This document shows, piece after piece, positions 34,163-44,467 of a stretch of DNA of 64,000 nucleotides. The position numbers were made by a program, and so were the translations under genes. This DNA is from an uncultured Ignavibacteria bacterium (lineage in GTDB: Bacteria; Bacteroidota; Ignavibacteria; Tepidaquicellales; OLB5). The stretch covers positions 845,489 to 909,488 of the forward strand of contig CAWFKW010000003.1 of the NCBI GenBank assembly GCA_963816535.1. Direction: 5' to 3'. How positions within the stretch are numbered: position 1 is the first letter of the stretch; each line of letters opens with the position of its first letter. The notes beneath the pieces are model-generated. The model saw only the letters and a program-made list of their open reading frames with translations. It was not told the DNA's origin and did not search any database.

Positions 34163-35176
34163 TCACTCCTGCAGATGCGTATTCAGCTTAAGCCTTTCCT
34201 CAGGATTTGTTATTACTACAATCTTGCTGTCTTCGGCAACCACATGTTCTTTGTCCGGGTTATAAGTCCATTTATCTCCTGAAACCACGGCTATAACCAG
34301 AGTGTTGGGAAAATTACCCAGTTCAAGTTCCACAATTTTTTTCCCGGCGTGTTTTGGATGAACGTGGATTTCTTCTACCCTGAGGTTTTTATCTTTGTCG
34401 GCAAACATCCTGTCAAGGAAAGTGGCTGCAGCGGGGCTCAGCATATCCGAGACAAGGCGCATACCGGCAATGTAGTTCTCGGTAATAACGTAATCAGCGC
34501 CTGCCTTCTTCATCTTATTTTGGTTTGCGGCTTCCAGGCAGCGCGCCACAACTCTGATCTTCGGGTTCAGATCCTTTGCAGTCAGGCTTATTACAAGGTT
34601 GCTGTTGTCGTCGCCGGTTGATGCAAAGATTCCCGCAGCGGATTTAATTTCAGCCTGCAGCATTACTTCTTCCAGGCCGGCGTCGCCGCTTACAAAAGGA
34701 ATTTTAGGATATTTTTCTGCCAGCGCTTTCAAAGCCGCAGCGTTATCGTCTATTACAACAAAGCTTCTTCCCGTTTCAAGAAGTTCCTGGATTATAACAG
34801 AGCCCACCCTGCCGGCCCCGCATACTATGTAATGATTTTCCATTTTACTTATGATTTTTTTTCTTCTTCTGGTTTTGTAAGTGTCTTTAATGTGCCCTTC
34901 AACAATTATTCCGGTGGCAGTAGAGAGAAAATATGTAGCCAGCCCAACGCCTGTAAAAGCGAGAAATATTGTAAATATTCTGATAGACGGGTCGTGGGAT
35001 GAATCGATTACCTCATAGTAACCTATGGTCAGGATTGTGATAGCGGTCATGTAGAAACAATCCAGAAGCGAATGCCCGGCGCCGCCAAGCAGCCTGTAGC
35101 CTGCTGTTCCCACTATCATAATAGCGGCCACCAATATCACCGGCGGCCGCAACCGTCTCAAAATCTCTGTCGGCAT
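34163..35176 (-). CDS. potassium-channel family protein with RCK (TrkA-N/TrkA-C) domains and a variant filter
   Basis: Two TM helices plus a pore with TILTIGYYEV, and the Rossmann motif IVCGAGRVGSVI. Confidence 0.85.
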   Translation of the reverse strand: MPTEILRRLRPPVILVAAIMIVGTAGYRLLGGAGHSLLDCFYMTAITILTIGYYEVIDSSHDPSIRIFTIFLAFTGVGLATYFLSTATGIIVEGHIKDTYKTRRRKKIISKMENHYIVCGAGRVGSVIIQELLETGRSFVVIDDNAAALKALAEKYPKIPFVSGDAGLEEVMLQAEIKSAAGIFASTGDDNSNLVISLTAKDLNPKIRVVARCLEAANQNKMKKAGADYVITENYIAGMRLVSDMLSPAAATFLDRMFADKDKNLRVEEIHVHPKHAGKKIVELELGNFPNTLVIAVVSGDKWTYNPDKEHVVAEDSKIVVITNPEERLKLNTHLQE

Positions 35177-35329
35177 GCCGCAATTTATACAACGCGGTTA
35201 AGAAAATCAGGGCAGTAAGAAGCGGCGTCTAAAAAGCGTAATTACTCATCATGATAATGGCCGGTTGCATTCAGCAGATATCCCGGGCTCCGGGCCATGC
35301 GATTTCTGACCCATTTCTGACAACAAAGT

Positions 35330-35860
35330 CTACATAGCGGCTCTTTCAAACCAGTCAAGATGAAACGGCTCGGTATAGAATGAGCTCATATATTCAGTTT
35401 TCTTTGGAGAAGCGCCGGCAAAGCAGCCGTCGTTGGCTGAGTTTATCATAGTTATTTTGGTTTTGTAACCATTTGCCTTCATTACTTCCAGCAGCGAATC
35501 GATCCTTTCAAGCTCATCTCCAACAAGTTCAATAACTATATTTCTCTTCTCCAGCAAAGCGAGGTCAAGCGTAACTACGCCGATAAAATTTATGAGTTGC
35601 GTTCTGCGGTTCAGCTTTATTCCGGTCTGGCTCTGAAGGTCGAAGAAAATCCTCGCCATATCTATCCATACATAACCCGCGCTTACGTAGTTTTCACGTA
35701 TGTGGCTCGACTTGCCGCCTGCAACGGGCCCCATAATTATTACAAGTTCGGGTTCCTCAGATTTGCTTCCTTCTTTAAGGTATTGCATTATTTTGGGCGC
35801 CGCCAGCTTAACTTCGTCGCTAGTAAGTTCGTCTATTGCCGGTTTTATTGTTGTTTCCAT
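35330..35860 (-). CDS. P-loop NTPase/kinase-like protein (zeta-toxin/AAA-like fold?)
   Basis: Walker A IMGPVAGGKSS. Nothing else recognised. Confidence 0.45.
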   Translation of the reverse strand: METTIKPAIDELTSDEVKLAAPKIMQYLKEGSKSEEPELVIIMGPVAGGKSSHIRENYVSAGYVWIDMARIFFDLQSQTGIKLNRRTQLINFIGVVTLDLALLEKRNIVIELVGDELERIDSLLEVMKANGYKTKITMINSANDGCFAGASPKKTEYMSSFYTEPFHLDWFERAAM

Positions 35861-36056
35861 TTTGGTAACCTCCTTTTAGTTATTTAATTTACTTCAAAGA
35901 TAAAATTGTTCTCCCAAAGAAGAGTATCATTCAATGATATTAATTTAGTTTTTCGCGGACCGGATTGCTAATTGAAGCCATGGAATTATTAAGATTTTGT
36001 TAAATTCCCCAATTCCCTTGAAGAAACACCAATTTAGATATAAATTTGGTGTTTGT

Positions 36057-36560
36057 ATGAAAACACTGTACTTAGTGAGGCATTCCAAATCAAGCTGGAA
36101 AAATCCGGAACTTAAGGATTTGGCCAGGCCGTTGAATGCGCGCGGAAAAGCTGATGCGCCAAAAATGGGTAAACTAATGAAAAAACTGGGCGAAATTCCG
36201 GATTTGATAATTTCGAGTCCCGCTAAACGTGCTTTTAAAACTGCTTCGAAGATTGCCTCCGAAATCGGTTACCAGTTTAAAAAAATTGTAAAAGAAGATA
36301 AGCTGTATATGGCGGGGCAGGATGAGTTCTTTGCTGTAATATCAAAAGTTAAAAAATCAGCAACCCGGCTCATGATAGTCAGCCATAATTTCGGTCTTAC
36401 AATTTTTGCCAATTTCATTTCAGGCTCGGACATAGTAAACATTCCGACTTCAGGCATTGTAAGAATAGATTTCGATATAGATAAATGGAAAGAGATAAAA
36501 CAAACGAAGGGAAAACTGATTTTCTTCGAATATCCAAAAAAGAATGACGATGGAAAATGA
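36057..36560 (+). CDS. sixA: histidine phosphatase family protein (SixA-like)
   Basis: LYLVRHSKSSW (RH motif) and IVSHNFG. The start was set at the ATG at 36057, just after the TAAATTTG -7 box (36041-36048). Confidence 0.8.
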   Translation: MKTLYLVRHSKSSWKNPELKDLARPLNARGKADAPKMGKLMKKLGEIPDLIISSPAKRAFKTASKIASEIGYQFKKIVKEDKLYMAGQDEFFAVISKVKKSATRLMIVSHNFGLTIFANFISGSDIVNIPTSGIVRIDFDIDKWKEIKQTKGKLIFFEYPKKNDDGK

Positions 36561-38604
36561 GCGGTTTAACAGGGAGCTAAGCTGGCTCTCGTTCAATTAC
36601 AGGGTGCTGCAGGAAGCTAAGGACCCCTCGGTTCCATTATATGAGCGGATAAAGTTCCTCGCCATATTTTCATCCAACCTGGACGAATTTTTCAGGATAA
36701 GGGTGGCGTCGCTGCGTTCAATTCTTATACTTAAGAAGAAGACTCAGAAGGAACTGGATTTTGACGTGAAGAAACTGCTGGAGCGGATTCACAAAACAGT
36801 TGTAGCCGTGCAGGAAGAATACGGGAATATCTTCACGGACACCATTTATCCTGAGCTTAAAAAGAACGATATCTACGTTGTTAACGAAAAGGAACTGAAC
36901 CCGCAGCAGAGGGAATATGTTAAAGAGATTTTCGAGGGACAGATTGTGCCGCATATTATGCCAATGATAATTGTAAAAGAGAAGATAACGCCTTTTCTCA
37001 GGAATCAGCGGCTTTACCTTACCGTTAAGCTATCGGCAAAAGACAGCAAGTCAAAAAAATTCCACCGTTATCGTTACGCGATAGTCGAAATACCCATGAA
37101 CCATATAGACAGGTTCATACTGCTTCCAAAAACCGACGAAAAGAACTGCGTTATATTTCTGGACGATGTGCTGAGGCTTTTCCTGCCTCAGATATTTTAC
37201 GGTTACCATATTCACGAATCATTTTCGGTTAAGCTTACGCGCGACGCCGAGCTGTATATAGAAGACGAATTCCAGGGCAACCTGCTTGATAAAATTAAGA
37301 AAGGGCTTTCCAAACGCGGAGCCGGGGTGCCATGCCGCTTCCAATATGACAGGTCAATGCCCGTATCGCTGCTCACATTTTTAAAAGAATCATTATTGCT
37401 CACTCCTGACGACCTGTTTCCAGCGGCAAAGTATCTTAACTTCGCCGATTTCTTCAACTTCCCGAACCCCGGGAAAAAGAGCCTGTTCTATTCTCCGCTT
37501 GGGGGCTTAAAACACAAAGAATATTCAGCGTTCGGAAATATTTTTGAAGCGGCAAAGCACGGGGAGTATTTGTTTAATTTCCCTTATCATACATACGACC
37601 ATGTAGTGAACGCATTTAATTTTGCAGCCAGGGATCCTGATGTTAAATCTATCAAGATAACCCAGTACAGGGTGGCTAAAAACTCTACAATAGTCAATTC
37701 GCTCATAAAGGCAGCTCATCGCGGCAAAGAAGTCACCGCTTTTGTGGAAGTTAAGGCCAGGTTCGATGAAGAAATAAACATCCGCAGCGCCGAAGAAATG
37801 CAGAAGGCAGGCGCAAAGGTCCTGTACAGCCTTCCCGGGCTGAAAGTGCATGCCAAAATGGCGCTCATTTCAAGAATGGAAGACGGCAAGCTGAAAGATT
37901 ACGCATACCTGGCTACCGGAAACTTCAACGAGAAGACAGGAAAGCTATATACAGATTTCGGTTTTATCACAACCGATAAAAAGCTTACTAAAGAGATACG
38001 CATGGTCTTTGATGTGCTTGAGGGAAAGCTGAAGGACCCCGAATTTGAACACCTGCTTGTAGCTCAGTTCAATATGAGAAAAGGATTCACAACCCTTATA
38101 GAAAATGAGATCGCCAATGCCAAGGCGGGAAAAAAGGCCGCTATAACCGTAAAAATGAACAGCCTTGAAGACGAAAAGATAATCAGGAAACTTTACGAAG
38201 CAAGCGCCGCCGGCGTGAATATAAAATTGATTGTGAGGGGCATTTGCTGCATTGTTCCCGGAGTAAAGGGTATGAGCGAGAACATCAGCGTTATCAGCAT
38301 CGTGGACAGGTTCCTGGAGCATGGCCGCATTTTTGTATTTCATAACGGCGGAAATGAAAAGATATATTTATCATCGGCCGACTGGATGAAACGAAACCTG
38401 AGCCGCAGAATTGAGGTGGCTTTCCCTATAAACAATCCAAAACTTAAGTCGGATATTAAAGATATTCTTGAAATACAGTTCAGGGATAACGTAAAAGCAA
38501 GGATTATCGACCAGAAACAATCCAACCAATACCGAAACGGGTTATCCGATTCAATTCACCGCTCGCAATATGAAATCTACGATTACTGGAAAACAAAATC
38601 TTAG
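36544..38604 (+). CDS. ppk: polyphosphate kinase 1
   Basis: RFNRELSWLSFNYRVLQEAKDPSVPLYERIKFLAIFSSNLDEFFRIRVA and two PLD-like HKD regions (KVHAKM..., EHGRIF). Confidence 0.95.
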   Translation: MTMENERFNRELSWLSFNYRVLQEAKDPSVPLYERIKFLAIFSSNLDEFFRIRVASLRSILILKKKTQKELDFDVKKLLERIHKTVVAVQEEYGNIFTDTIYPELKKNDIYVVNEKELNPQQREYVKEIFEGQIVPHIMPMIIVKEKITPFLRNQRLYLTVKLSAKDSKSKKFHRYRYAIVEIPMNHIDRFILLPKTDEKNCVIFLDDVLRLFLPQIFYGYHIHESFSVKLTRDAELYIEDEFQGNLLDKIKKGLSKRGAGVPCRFQYDRSMPVSLLTFLKESLLLTPDDLFPAAKYLNFADFFNFPNPGKKSLFYSPLGGLKHKEYSAFGNIFEAAKHGEYLFNFPYHTYDHVVNAFNFAARDPDVKSIKITQYRVAKNSTIVNSLIKAAHRGKEVTAFVEVKARFDEEINIRSAEEMQKAGAKVLYSLPGLKVHAKMALISRMEDGKLKDYAYLATGNFNEKTGKLYTDFGFITTDKKLTKEIRMVFDVLEGKLKDPEFEHLLVAQFNMRKGFTTLIENEIANAKAGKKAAITVKMNSLEDEKIIRKLYEASAAGVNIKLIVRGICCIVPGVKGMSENISVISIVDRFLEHGRIFVFHNGGNEKIYLSSADWMKRNLSRRIEVAFPINNPKLKSDIKDILEIQFRDNVKARIIDQKQSNQYRNGLSDSIHRSQYEIYDYWKTKS

Positions 38605-38673
38605 AAATAGATTGCAGCGAGGGTTCCTTTCCTTCCAAACTCTTTCGCTTAAATTAAGTTACTGCCCGCGCCT

Positions 38674-38714
38674 AAAAATAATAAAAGCGGAACCGGTTAT
38701 TCACTCGGTCCCGC
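38674..38714 (-). terminator. rho-independent terminator for the 38772-39263 gene
   Basis: Minus strand reads GCGGGACCGA...CGGTTCCGC (one mismatch) followed by TTTTATTATTTTT. Confidence 0.55.
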
Positions 38715-38771
38715 AACTTATGACGGAACTGTTAGCGGATCAAAATATCTATAATAAGTTTTAATTCTTGC

Positions 38772-39263
38772 CTAATGCAAAGCCTGTGAAGTATCGTTCC
38801 AGCATCTTATATTGTAGTTTGATCCTGTAAAATTCGGAAACGCGATCACTTCATGGCTTGTGCAAGTATGGCATGTATCGCAGCCGTAAGTGCCAAGCAC
38901 AATTGGCGTGCCGCCGCTGTTCCTCATCCAAACCACTGCGGCAAAATAATTTCCTTTGCCGCCCCAATGCATTCTGTAAGAATATGAATGACCGCTTACT
39001 ATCCCTGCCAGATTTATCGTATCTACATATACCGGCTCATAAATAAATGGAGACGGATTGTTATTGTATAAAGCTATACCGTAATTGCCGCCGCTTGTCA
39101 CATAATTAGTGTCAATAAAGAGCGCGAACCCGTCGATGTAATCACCTTTAGGCTGCGTAGCGAGGTCGTCCATATTGCAGGACTGCATTACTAGCAAAAA
39201 TACAAACAGAAATGGCAGAAATATAATTATGTAAAATTTGAATCTTCTCGATAATGTCTCCAT
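38772..39263 (-). CDS. hypothetical lipoprotein
   Basis: Signal sequence plus lipobox-like LLVMQSC. Cys-rich C-terminus (CDTCHTC). Confidence 0.6.
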   Translation of the reverse strand: METLSRRFKFYIIIFLPFLFVFLLVMQSCNMDDLATQPKGDYIDGFALFIDTNYVTSGGNYGIALYNNNPSPFIYEPVYVDTINLAGIVSGHSYSYRMHWGGKGNYFAAVVWMRNSGGTPIVLGTYGCDTCHTCTSHEVIAFPNFTGSNYNIRCWNDTSQALH

Positions 39264-39370
39264 AATCTTGTACTCCCCTATACCAATATATACTACTGGT
39301 ATTTTTGAGCACCTACCCGATTACAGTGATTCTATCCTATTACCAATTTCTATGCCAAAAAACAGTTATT

Positions 39371-40303
39371 CTATTTTTTCAGCATCTTATAGGCTGTAAG
39401 GCGCGGGTGTTCTCCCCTGGCTTCATCGCTGATATATAAAGTATTTTTAGAATCGAAAGCAATTCCTTCAGGCTGAAGGTGCAGTTCTTCAGGAAGGTCT
39501 TTCTGGTTTAATATCTCGCCGTCTGCTGCAATTTCAACAATTGTGTGGCCGTGAGAAGCAATAATAAAAAAGGTTGATGTTATTTTCTGCAACGCAATAC
39601 CGGAGGGCCTGAACTCCCCGTCAATAGTGTTTCTTTTTATCCTGTTCGCCCGAAGAGCAAATCTCGGGGTTTCTTCCATAGTCATTGATGCAAGAGAAAA
39701 CGAATAAACCGTTTTTCGCTTATCATAGCCGTCGCCGGGATAGTCCTTACATGCCATCAGCAGGGCGTTTGTCTGCGGGTCATAACACAACCCCTCTATG
39801 TTGTTATCTTTAGTAAGTTTTGTCTTGTAAACTGTATAGTTTACATATTCGCCGTTTGAACCCTCATTGCATTCATAAATTGAGCCATGGCTTTGCAGGA
39901 TAAAAAACCGCCCTCCTACGATCGCCAGGTCTTCAAAACTGCTCTTTATCCTGTCCGAATGTTTCTTTTTCCCTTCGCCAACATAAAATACTTTCAATAT
40001 CTTTCCGGTATTAGGATCGATCTGGGATACGCCGCTCGAATCGTCGCCGTCGCAAAACAGCCTGTTGTCATCGGTAAAACATATTCCGGAGATCTGTTCC
40101 AGTTCGTCAGGGAGCGTTATGCCCGGCGCATTTTCATCTTCGACATCATACCATGACAGGGCAGAGAGCCGGTTCTTTGCCTTAACATTACTATCCTTAC
40201 CTTCATTATCAAATTTAAAACCGCAGCCCGAAACCAACAGTACGGTCAACAATATCGCAGTGAAAAAAGCCCACGTACAAATAGGAAAATTCCTCAATTT
40301 CAT
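39371..40303 (-). CDS. lipoprotein, beta-propeller-like (SdiA-regulated/YjiK-like?)
   Basis: Lipobox LLVSGCG. Repeated EG(I/L)(A/C)(F/Y)D-type blades (ISGICFTD, IEGLCYDP, PEGIAFDS). Confidence 0.5.
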   Translation of the reverse strand: MKLRNFPICTWAFFTAILLTVLLVSGCGFKFDNEGKDSNVKAKNRLSALSWYDVEDENAPGITLPDELEQISGICFTDDNRLFCDGDDSSGVSQIDPNTGKILKVFYVGEGKKKHSDRIKSSFEDLAIVGGRFFILQSHGSIYECNEGSNGEYVNYTVYKTKLTKDNNIEGLCYDPQTNALLMACKDYPGDGYDKRKTVYSFSLASMTMEETPRFALRANRIKRNTIDGEFRPSGIALQKITSTFFIIASHGHTIVEIAADGEILNQKDLPEELHLQPEGIAFDSKNTLYISDEARGEHPRLTAYKMLKK

Positions 40304-40474
40304 GAGTTCAATTTACTTAATAAAAATTGAAAAAAATACAAAAAAAGGAACTGAAAGGGGTACTCAGGCGCCAAATATCTTGCGCAGGCATCTTTTAAAG
40401 GAACAAATTTCATAAAGTTCTGTATAATCACTAAGAAAGAGGGTTAATAACTGCCTAAACAAAAGGAGGCGAAT

Positions 40475-41272
40475 ATGGATGACTCAATCACACTCATCAA
40501 CAACAACGACTACGGCGCACCTGAACTCCAGAGGCTATACCGACGCAATTTGAGGGAAGCGATGTTAATCGCAGTTATGTTTCATGTGGCGGCCATCGCC
40601 GCTTATCTTCTGATTACATATATAAACCAGGCAAATGCGAACGAAAAAAAGATTCCATTGACAAAAGAATTTAAGATAGTTGAAATCGACCAATCGCCTT
40701 CTGTTAATGATGAGGACCTGCCAAAAATAAAACAGGAAGATATTGTAAAGCCGCCTAGGGAGATGTCATCGTTGGAGCCCAAACTTGTTCCAAAAGAACT
40801 TTCGGATAACGTTCTTATGAAAACTCAGGACGAACTTGATAAAACACAAAATAACGTTTCAGGCAAGGGCGACAGCGTAATTTACGTTGCAGGAAATGAC
40901 ATTGCCGGCAGGATTAACGACAATATAATAAACAATAAAATTAAGAATGATATTGAAAAGCCGGAGAAGCAAGTCTATGAGAATTTTGAAGTGGGCGTCG
41001 CTCCTGAATGCACAAACCTCCTGCAGGTGAAAAGCTCGATCGAATATCCAAAGCTGGCTGTTGATGCCGGAATAGAAGGCAGAGTAACGGTCAGAGTATT
41101 GGTTGGTGAAGACGGAAACGTTGTTAAAGTAGGTTCGGTAGGCGGGAATGAAATTTTCTATGATGAAGTAAAGGAAAAATCAAAGAACCTTGTTTTTACG
41201 CCGGGAATACAAAATAATAAGGCGGTTAAGGTATGGGTTACGGTACCGTTTGTATTTAAGCTGAAAAATTGA
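40475..41272 (+). CDS. tonB: energy transducer TonB family protein (paralogue of 12378-13184)
   Basis: The C-terminus YPKLAVDAGIEGRVTVRVLVGEDGNV...KAVKVWVTVPFVFKLKN is nearly identical to the first TonB. Confidence 0.85.
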   Translation: MDDSITLINNNDYGAPELQRLYRRNLREAMLIAVMFHVAAIAAYLLITYINQANANEKKIPLTKEFKIVEIDQSPSVNDEDLPKIKQEDIVKPPREMSSLEPKLVPKELSDNVLMKTQDELDKTQNNVSGKGDSVIYVAGNDIAGRINDNIINNKIKNDIEKPEKQVYENFEVGVAPECTNLLQVKSSIEYPKLAVDAGIEGRVTVRVLVGEDGNVVKVGSVGGNEIFYDEVKEKSKNLVFTPGIQNNKAVKVWVTVPFVFKLKN

Positions 41273-41412
41273 ATCAGATTGCGGCAGAGTATACATTTAC
41301 CATAGTCTTTTGGTTATTATGCTTACACCAAACACGTTAGCATCTTCCCTTTCTAAACGTTAGTTTTTTACTTAAATTAATAGCTCGGAATTTAGAAAAA
41401 AATGATGCTTTA

Positions 41413-43962
41413 TTGGATAACAGCATTCAGATAATAAATACTGACTTACACGAAACATTCGGGGCTTTTAATCAGATAAATGACTTAGCGTTAGTTATAG
41501 ACCCGAAGAGCTTTAGAATTATTATTGCCAACCTAAGCGCCGAAAAGCTTTGCGGTTACAGCCAAAGCGGCCTTACAAATCTCCCAGTTTCTGATATTAC
41601 CGATTCCCCGCAAAAACTTAGCAGAACCATTAATGAATTTGCCGAAGGCAACAATTCCAGCATTTTTGATATCAAGGTAAAGGGAAGCGACTCCCGGAAA
41701 CGCCTGGTTGAAATGAGCCTTTCGCCTGTAACATACAAGGGCGAACCGGCCATACTCTGTATAGGAAGAAATATTGACGCCCGGAAAGCGGCTGAAAAAG
41801 AACTGAGGAAAAGCGAAGAAAAATACAGGATGCTTGTTGAAGGAGTTAATGTTATAACCTGGCTGTATGATATTAAAAACGAGGACTATCTTTATGTAAG
41901 TTTGATAGCTGAAGAACTGCTTGGCTACCCTCTTTCAAAATGGAAGGAAAAGGATTTTTGGTTTGGCATAATCCATCCGGACGACCGCAGGAAAGTAATC
42001 TCACTCAGCGACGAACGAATAACAAAAGGACTGGATTTTGAGCTTGACTACAGGGTTATTTCAGCCCGCGCGGAGACTAAATGGTTCAAGGACCTTACCT
42101 CGGTGAATTTCATCGAGGGGAAGCCCGACACAATGCAGGGCGTTCTGATTGATATTACCGATAAGAAAGTAACCGAAGAAGCTCTGAAAAGAAGCGAAGA
42201 ACAGCTTTTCCTGATATTTGAGAATTCAAACGCTGGCAACAGTCTAACTACTGTAGACGGAAAGTTCCTGAGAGTTAACAAAGCTCTTTGCAAAGTTCTG
42301 GGGTACAACAAAGATGAATTGCTTAAGCTGACATTCCAGGAATTGACGCATCCTGACAACATTACCGAAAACCTCGGGGCGATAAAAGAAGCCATCGACA
42401 GAGGGGATTCGTCGGTTGAAGTTGAAAAGAGATACATTAAGAAGGATGGCGGCATAGTTTACGCATCGACCAATATTTCATTTTTAAGAGACGAAAGCGG
42501 TAAGGTAACCCGGTATGTGGCCCAGGTAAAAGACATAACTGTGCAGAGAGAGAGCGAGGAAAAACTCAGGGTAACGGAACTGCGGCTAAGCTCGCTGCTG
42601 AACAACTTATCGGACATCGTTTTTTACGAGTCAGACCGAAACGGCGTTTTTGTTTCCGATAACATTGAAGAAATGCTGGGTTACCCGGCAAAAGAGTTCG
42701 CTGATAACGAAAGCTTCTTCGAATCGATCATGTACGATGAAGATAAAGATAAGATTAATGGGCAGATAAGATCATGGAGAGTGAAAGATAATCCGTCGCC
42801 GCTGAATTTCGAGTTCAGGGTAAAGAAAAAAGACGGCTCTTATATTTGGATCGAAGACCATATGTTCGGCATAAACGCGCCTGGCAGGTCTTATTGGTCG
42901 GGTTTTATGATAGATGTCACAAACAGAAAGAACGCTGAGATCAAACTCGAAGAAACGCAGATGAGGCTAAGTTCAGTCCTGAACAACCTCCCGAACGTGG
43001 TTGTATATGAAAATGCGAGAGGCAAACAATTTATTTCGGAAAATATAATAGAGATGCTGGGTCATCCGGTAGAAGACTTTTATAACAACCCGGGCCTGTT
43101 TGATTCATTAATTCATAAAGGCGACCTGAAAAGAATTCTCGACAGAACCGATAAATGGTACTCTTCAGGCGCAAAGGGAACATACAGGGAAATATTCAGA
43201 ATTAAGCGTAAAGACGGCGAATATATCTGGCTTGAGGACCATATGTTCAAAACCCAGAGACTTGACGGCCTGGATTATTATTCAGGCGTGATGATAGATA
43301 TTACCGAAAGGAAGAATATCGAAACGCAGTTAGCGCGCTCGCTTAAAGAAAAAGAGCTGCTTATAAAAGAAATACATCACCGCGTTAAGAATAACCTTCA
43401 GGTTGTATCAAGCCTTCTGAAGCTCCAGTCAACATCCATAAAAGATAAAGAAGCGCGCGATATACTGCTGGACAGCCAGAACCGAGTACAATCGATGGCG
43501 CTGGTGCATCAGAAACTTTACCAGTCGGCCGACCTTGCCAACATAAATCTGAACGAATATATTCCCCAGCTGCTGCACCATTTACTCCATTCTTTCAAAT
43601 CAAAGGGAAGCAAGATAAATCTGAACATGGATATTGAAGATATCACAATAGGAATAGATACTGCAATACCATGCGGACTTGTAATCAACGAGCTTGTTTC
43701 CAATTCGCTGAAACATGCTTTCCCGGCGAACGGCTCCGGAAGTATTGATGTTAAGCTTAGCGCCGGCGGCAGCGATGAATACACTTTGATCATAAAAGAC
43801 AGCGGTATAGGCTTCCCTGACTCAGTCGATTTCCGAAACACGGCTTCGCTCGGGCTGCAACTCGTCTCAACTCTTGTGAACCAGATTGACGGGAAAATTG
43901 AAATGTCGGAAGGCGACGGAACAACCTTTGTTATCAAATTTAAGGAAATAAACTCAAACTAA
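41413..43962 (+). CDS. multi-PAS sensor histidine kinase (HisKA_2/HWE-type)
   Basis: At least 5 PAS/PAC units, the H-box IHHRVKNNLQVVSSLLKLQ, and an HATPase_c domain (NELVSNSLKHAF, DSGIGFP). TTG start. Confidence 0.9.
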   Translation: MDNSIQIINTDLHETFGAFNQINDLALVIDPKSFRIIIANLSAEKLCGYSQSGLTNLPVSDITDSPQKLSRTINEFAEGNNSSIFDIKVKGSDSRKRLVEMSLSPVTYKGEPAILCIGRNIDARKAAEKELRKSEEKYRMLVEGVNVITWLYDIKNEDYLYVSLIAEELLGYPLSKWKEKDFWFGIIHPDDRRKVISLSDERITKGLDFELDYRVISARAETKWFKDLTSVNFIEGKPDTMQGVLIDITDKKVTEEALKRSEEQLFLIFENSNAGNSLTTVDGKFLRVNKALCKVLGYNKDELLKLTFQELTHPDNITENLGAIKEAIDRGDSSVEVEKRYIKKDGGIVYASTNISFLRDESGKVTRYVAQVKDITVQRESEEKLRVTELRLSSLLNNLSDIVFYESDRNGVFVSDNIEEMLGYPAKEFADNESFFESIMYDEDKDKINGQIRSWRVKDNPSPLNFEFRVKKKDGSYIWIEDHMFGINAPGRSYWSGFMIDVTNRKNAEIKLEETQMRLSSVLNNLPNVVVYENARGKQFISENIIEMLGHPVEDFYNNPGLFDSLIHKGDLKRILDRTDKWYSSGAKGTYREIFRIKRKDGEYIWLEDHMFKTQRLDGLDYYSGVMIDITERKNIETQLARSLKEKELLIKEIHHRVKNNLQVVSSLLKLQSTSIKDKEARDILLDSQNRVQSMALVHQKLYQSADLANINLNEYIPQLLHHLLHSFKSKGSKINLNMDIEDITIGIDTAIPCGLVINELVSNSLKHAFPANGSGSIDVKLSAGGSDEYTLIIKDSGIGFPDSVDFRNTASLGLQLVSTLVNQIDGKIEMSEGDGTTFVIKFKEINSN

Positions 43963-44387
43963 ATTTTTTTTTCAGCTACCGAAGAGTTGTAAAATTTTTC
44001 AAACTCCTTCTTTATCTCATCCCTTGTTTTCCTGTACACAGCTGATATTTCTTCGCCGGTTCCCGGTGCATCGGCCGGGTCGGGAAACCCAATATGCAGC
44101 CTCTTCGACACTGTGCCGGTAAACACAGGGCATGATTCTTTTGCGTTATCGCATACAGTAATTACATAATCAAAAGAAAAGCCGGTGAAGTCGTTGATGT
44201 GTTTCGGGCAATGCGAGCTTATATCAATACCGATTTCCTCCATCACTCTTACAGCAAACGGGTTTACTTTTTTCTCGGGTTTTGTTCCGGCTGAAAAAAC
44301 TTCCAGCGCGGGATCGATGTTCCTTAATATTCCTTCAGCCATCTGGCTGCGGCATGAATTACCGGTGCATAATATTAGAATTCGCAT
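43959..44387 (-). CDS. arsC: arsenate reductase / low-molecular-weight phosphotyrosine phosphatase family
   Basis: ILILCTGNSCRSQMAEG (CX5R P-loop) and VITVCD. Confidence 0.85.
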   Translation of the reverse strand: MRILILCTGNSCRSQMAEGILRNIDPALEVFSAGTKPEKKVNPFAVRVMEEIGIDISSHCPKHINDFTGFSFDYVITVCDNAKESCPVFTGTVSKRLHIGFPDPADAPGTGEEISAVYRKTRDEIKKEFEKFYNSSVAEKKI

Positions 44388-44467
44388 ATCCTGAACTTCT
44401 GTAAAAAATTAATAATTAGGAATTTTAATAATAAATTCTAATGTTAATAATTGAAAACCAAAAATAA

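Noticed and set aside
35330-35860. Zeta-toxin type toxin-antitoxin module
   Set aside because: Only a generic Walker A is recognisable and there is no adjacent small antitoxin ORF. It is therefore kept as a generic P-loop protein.
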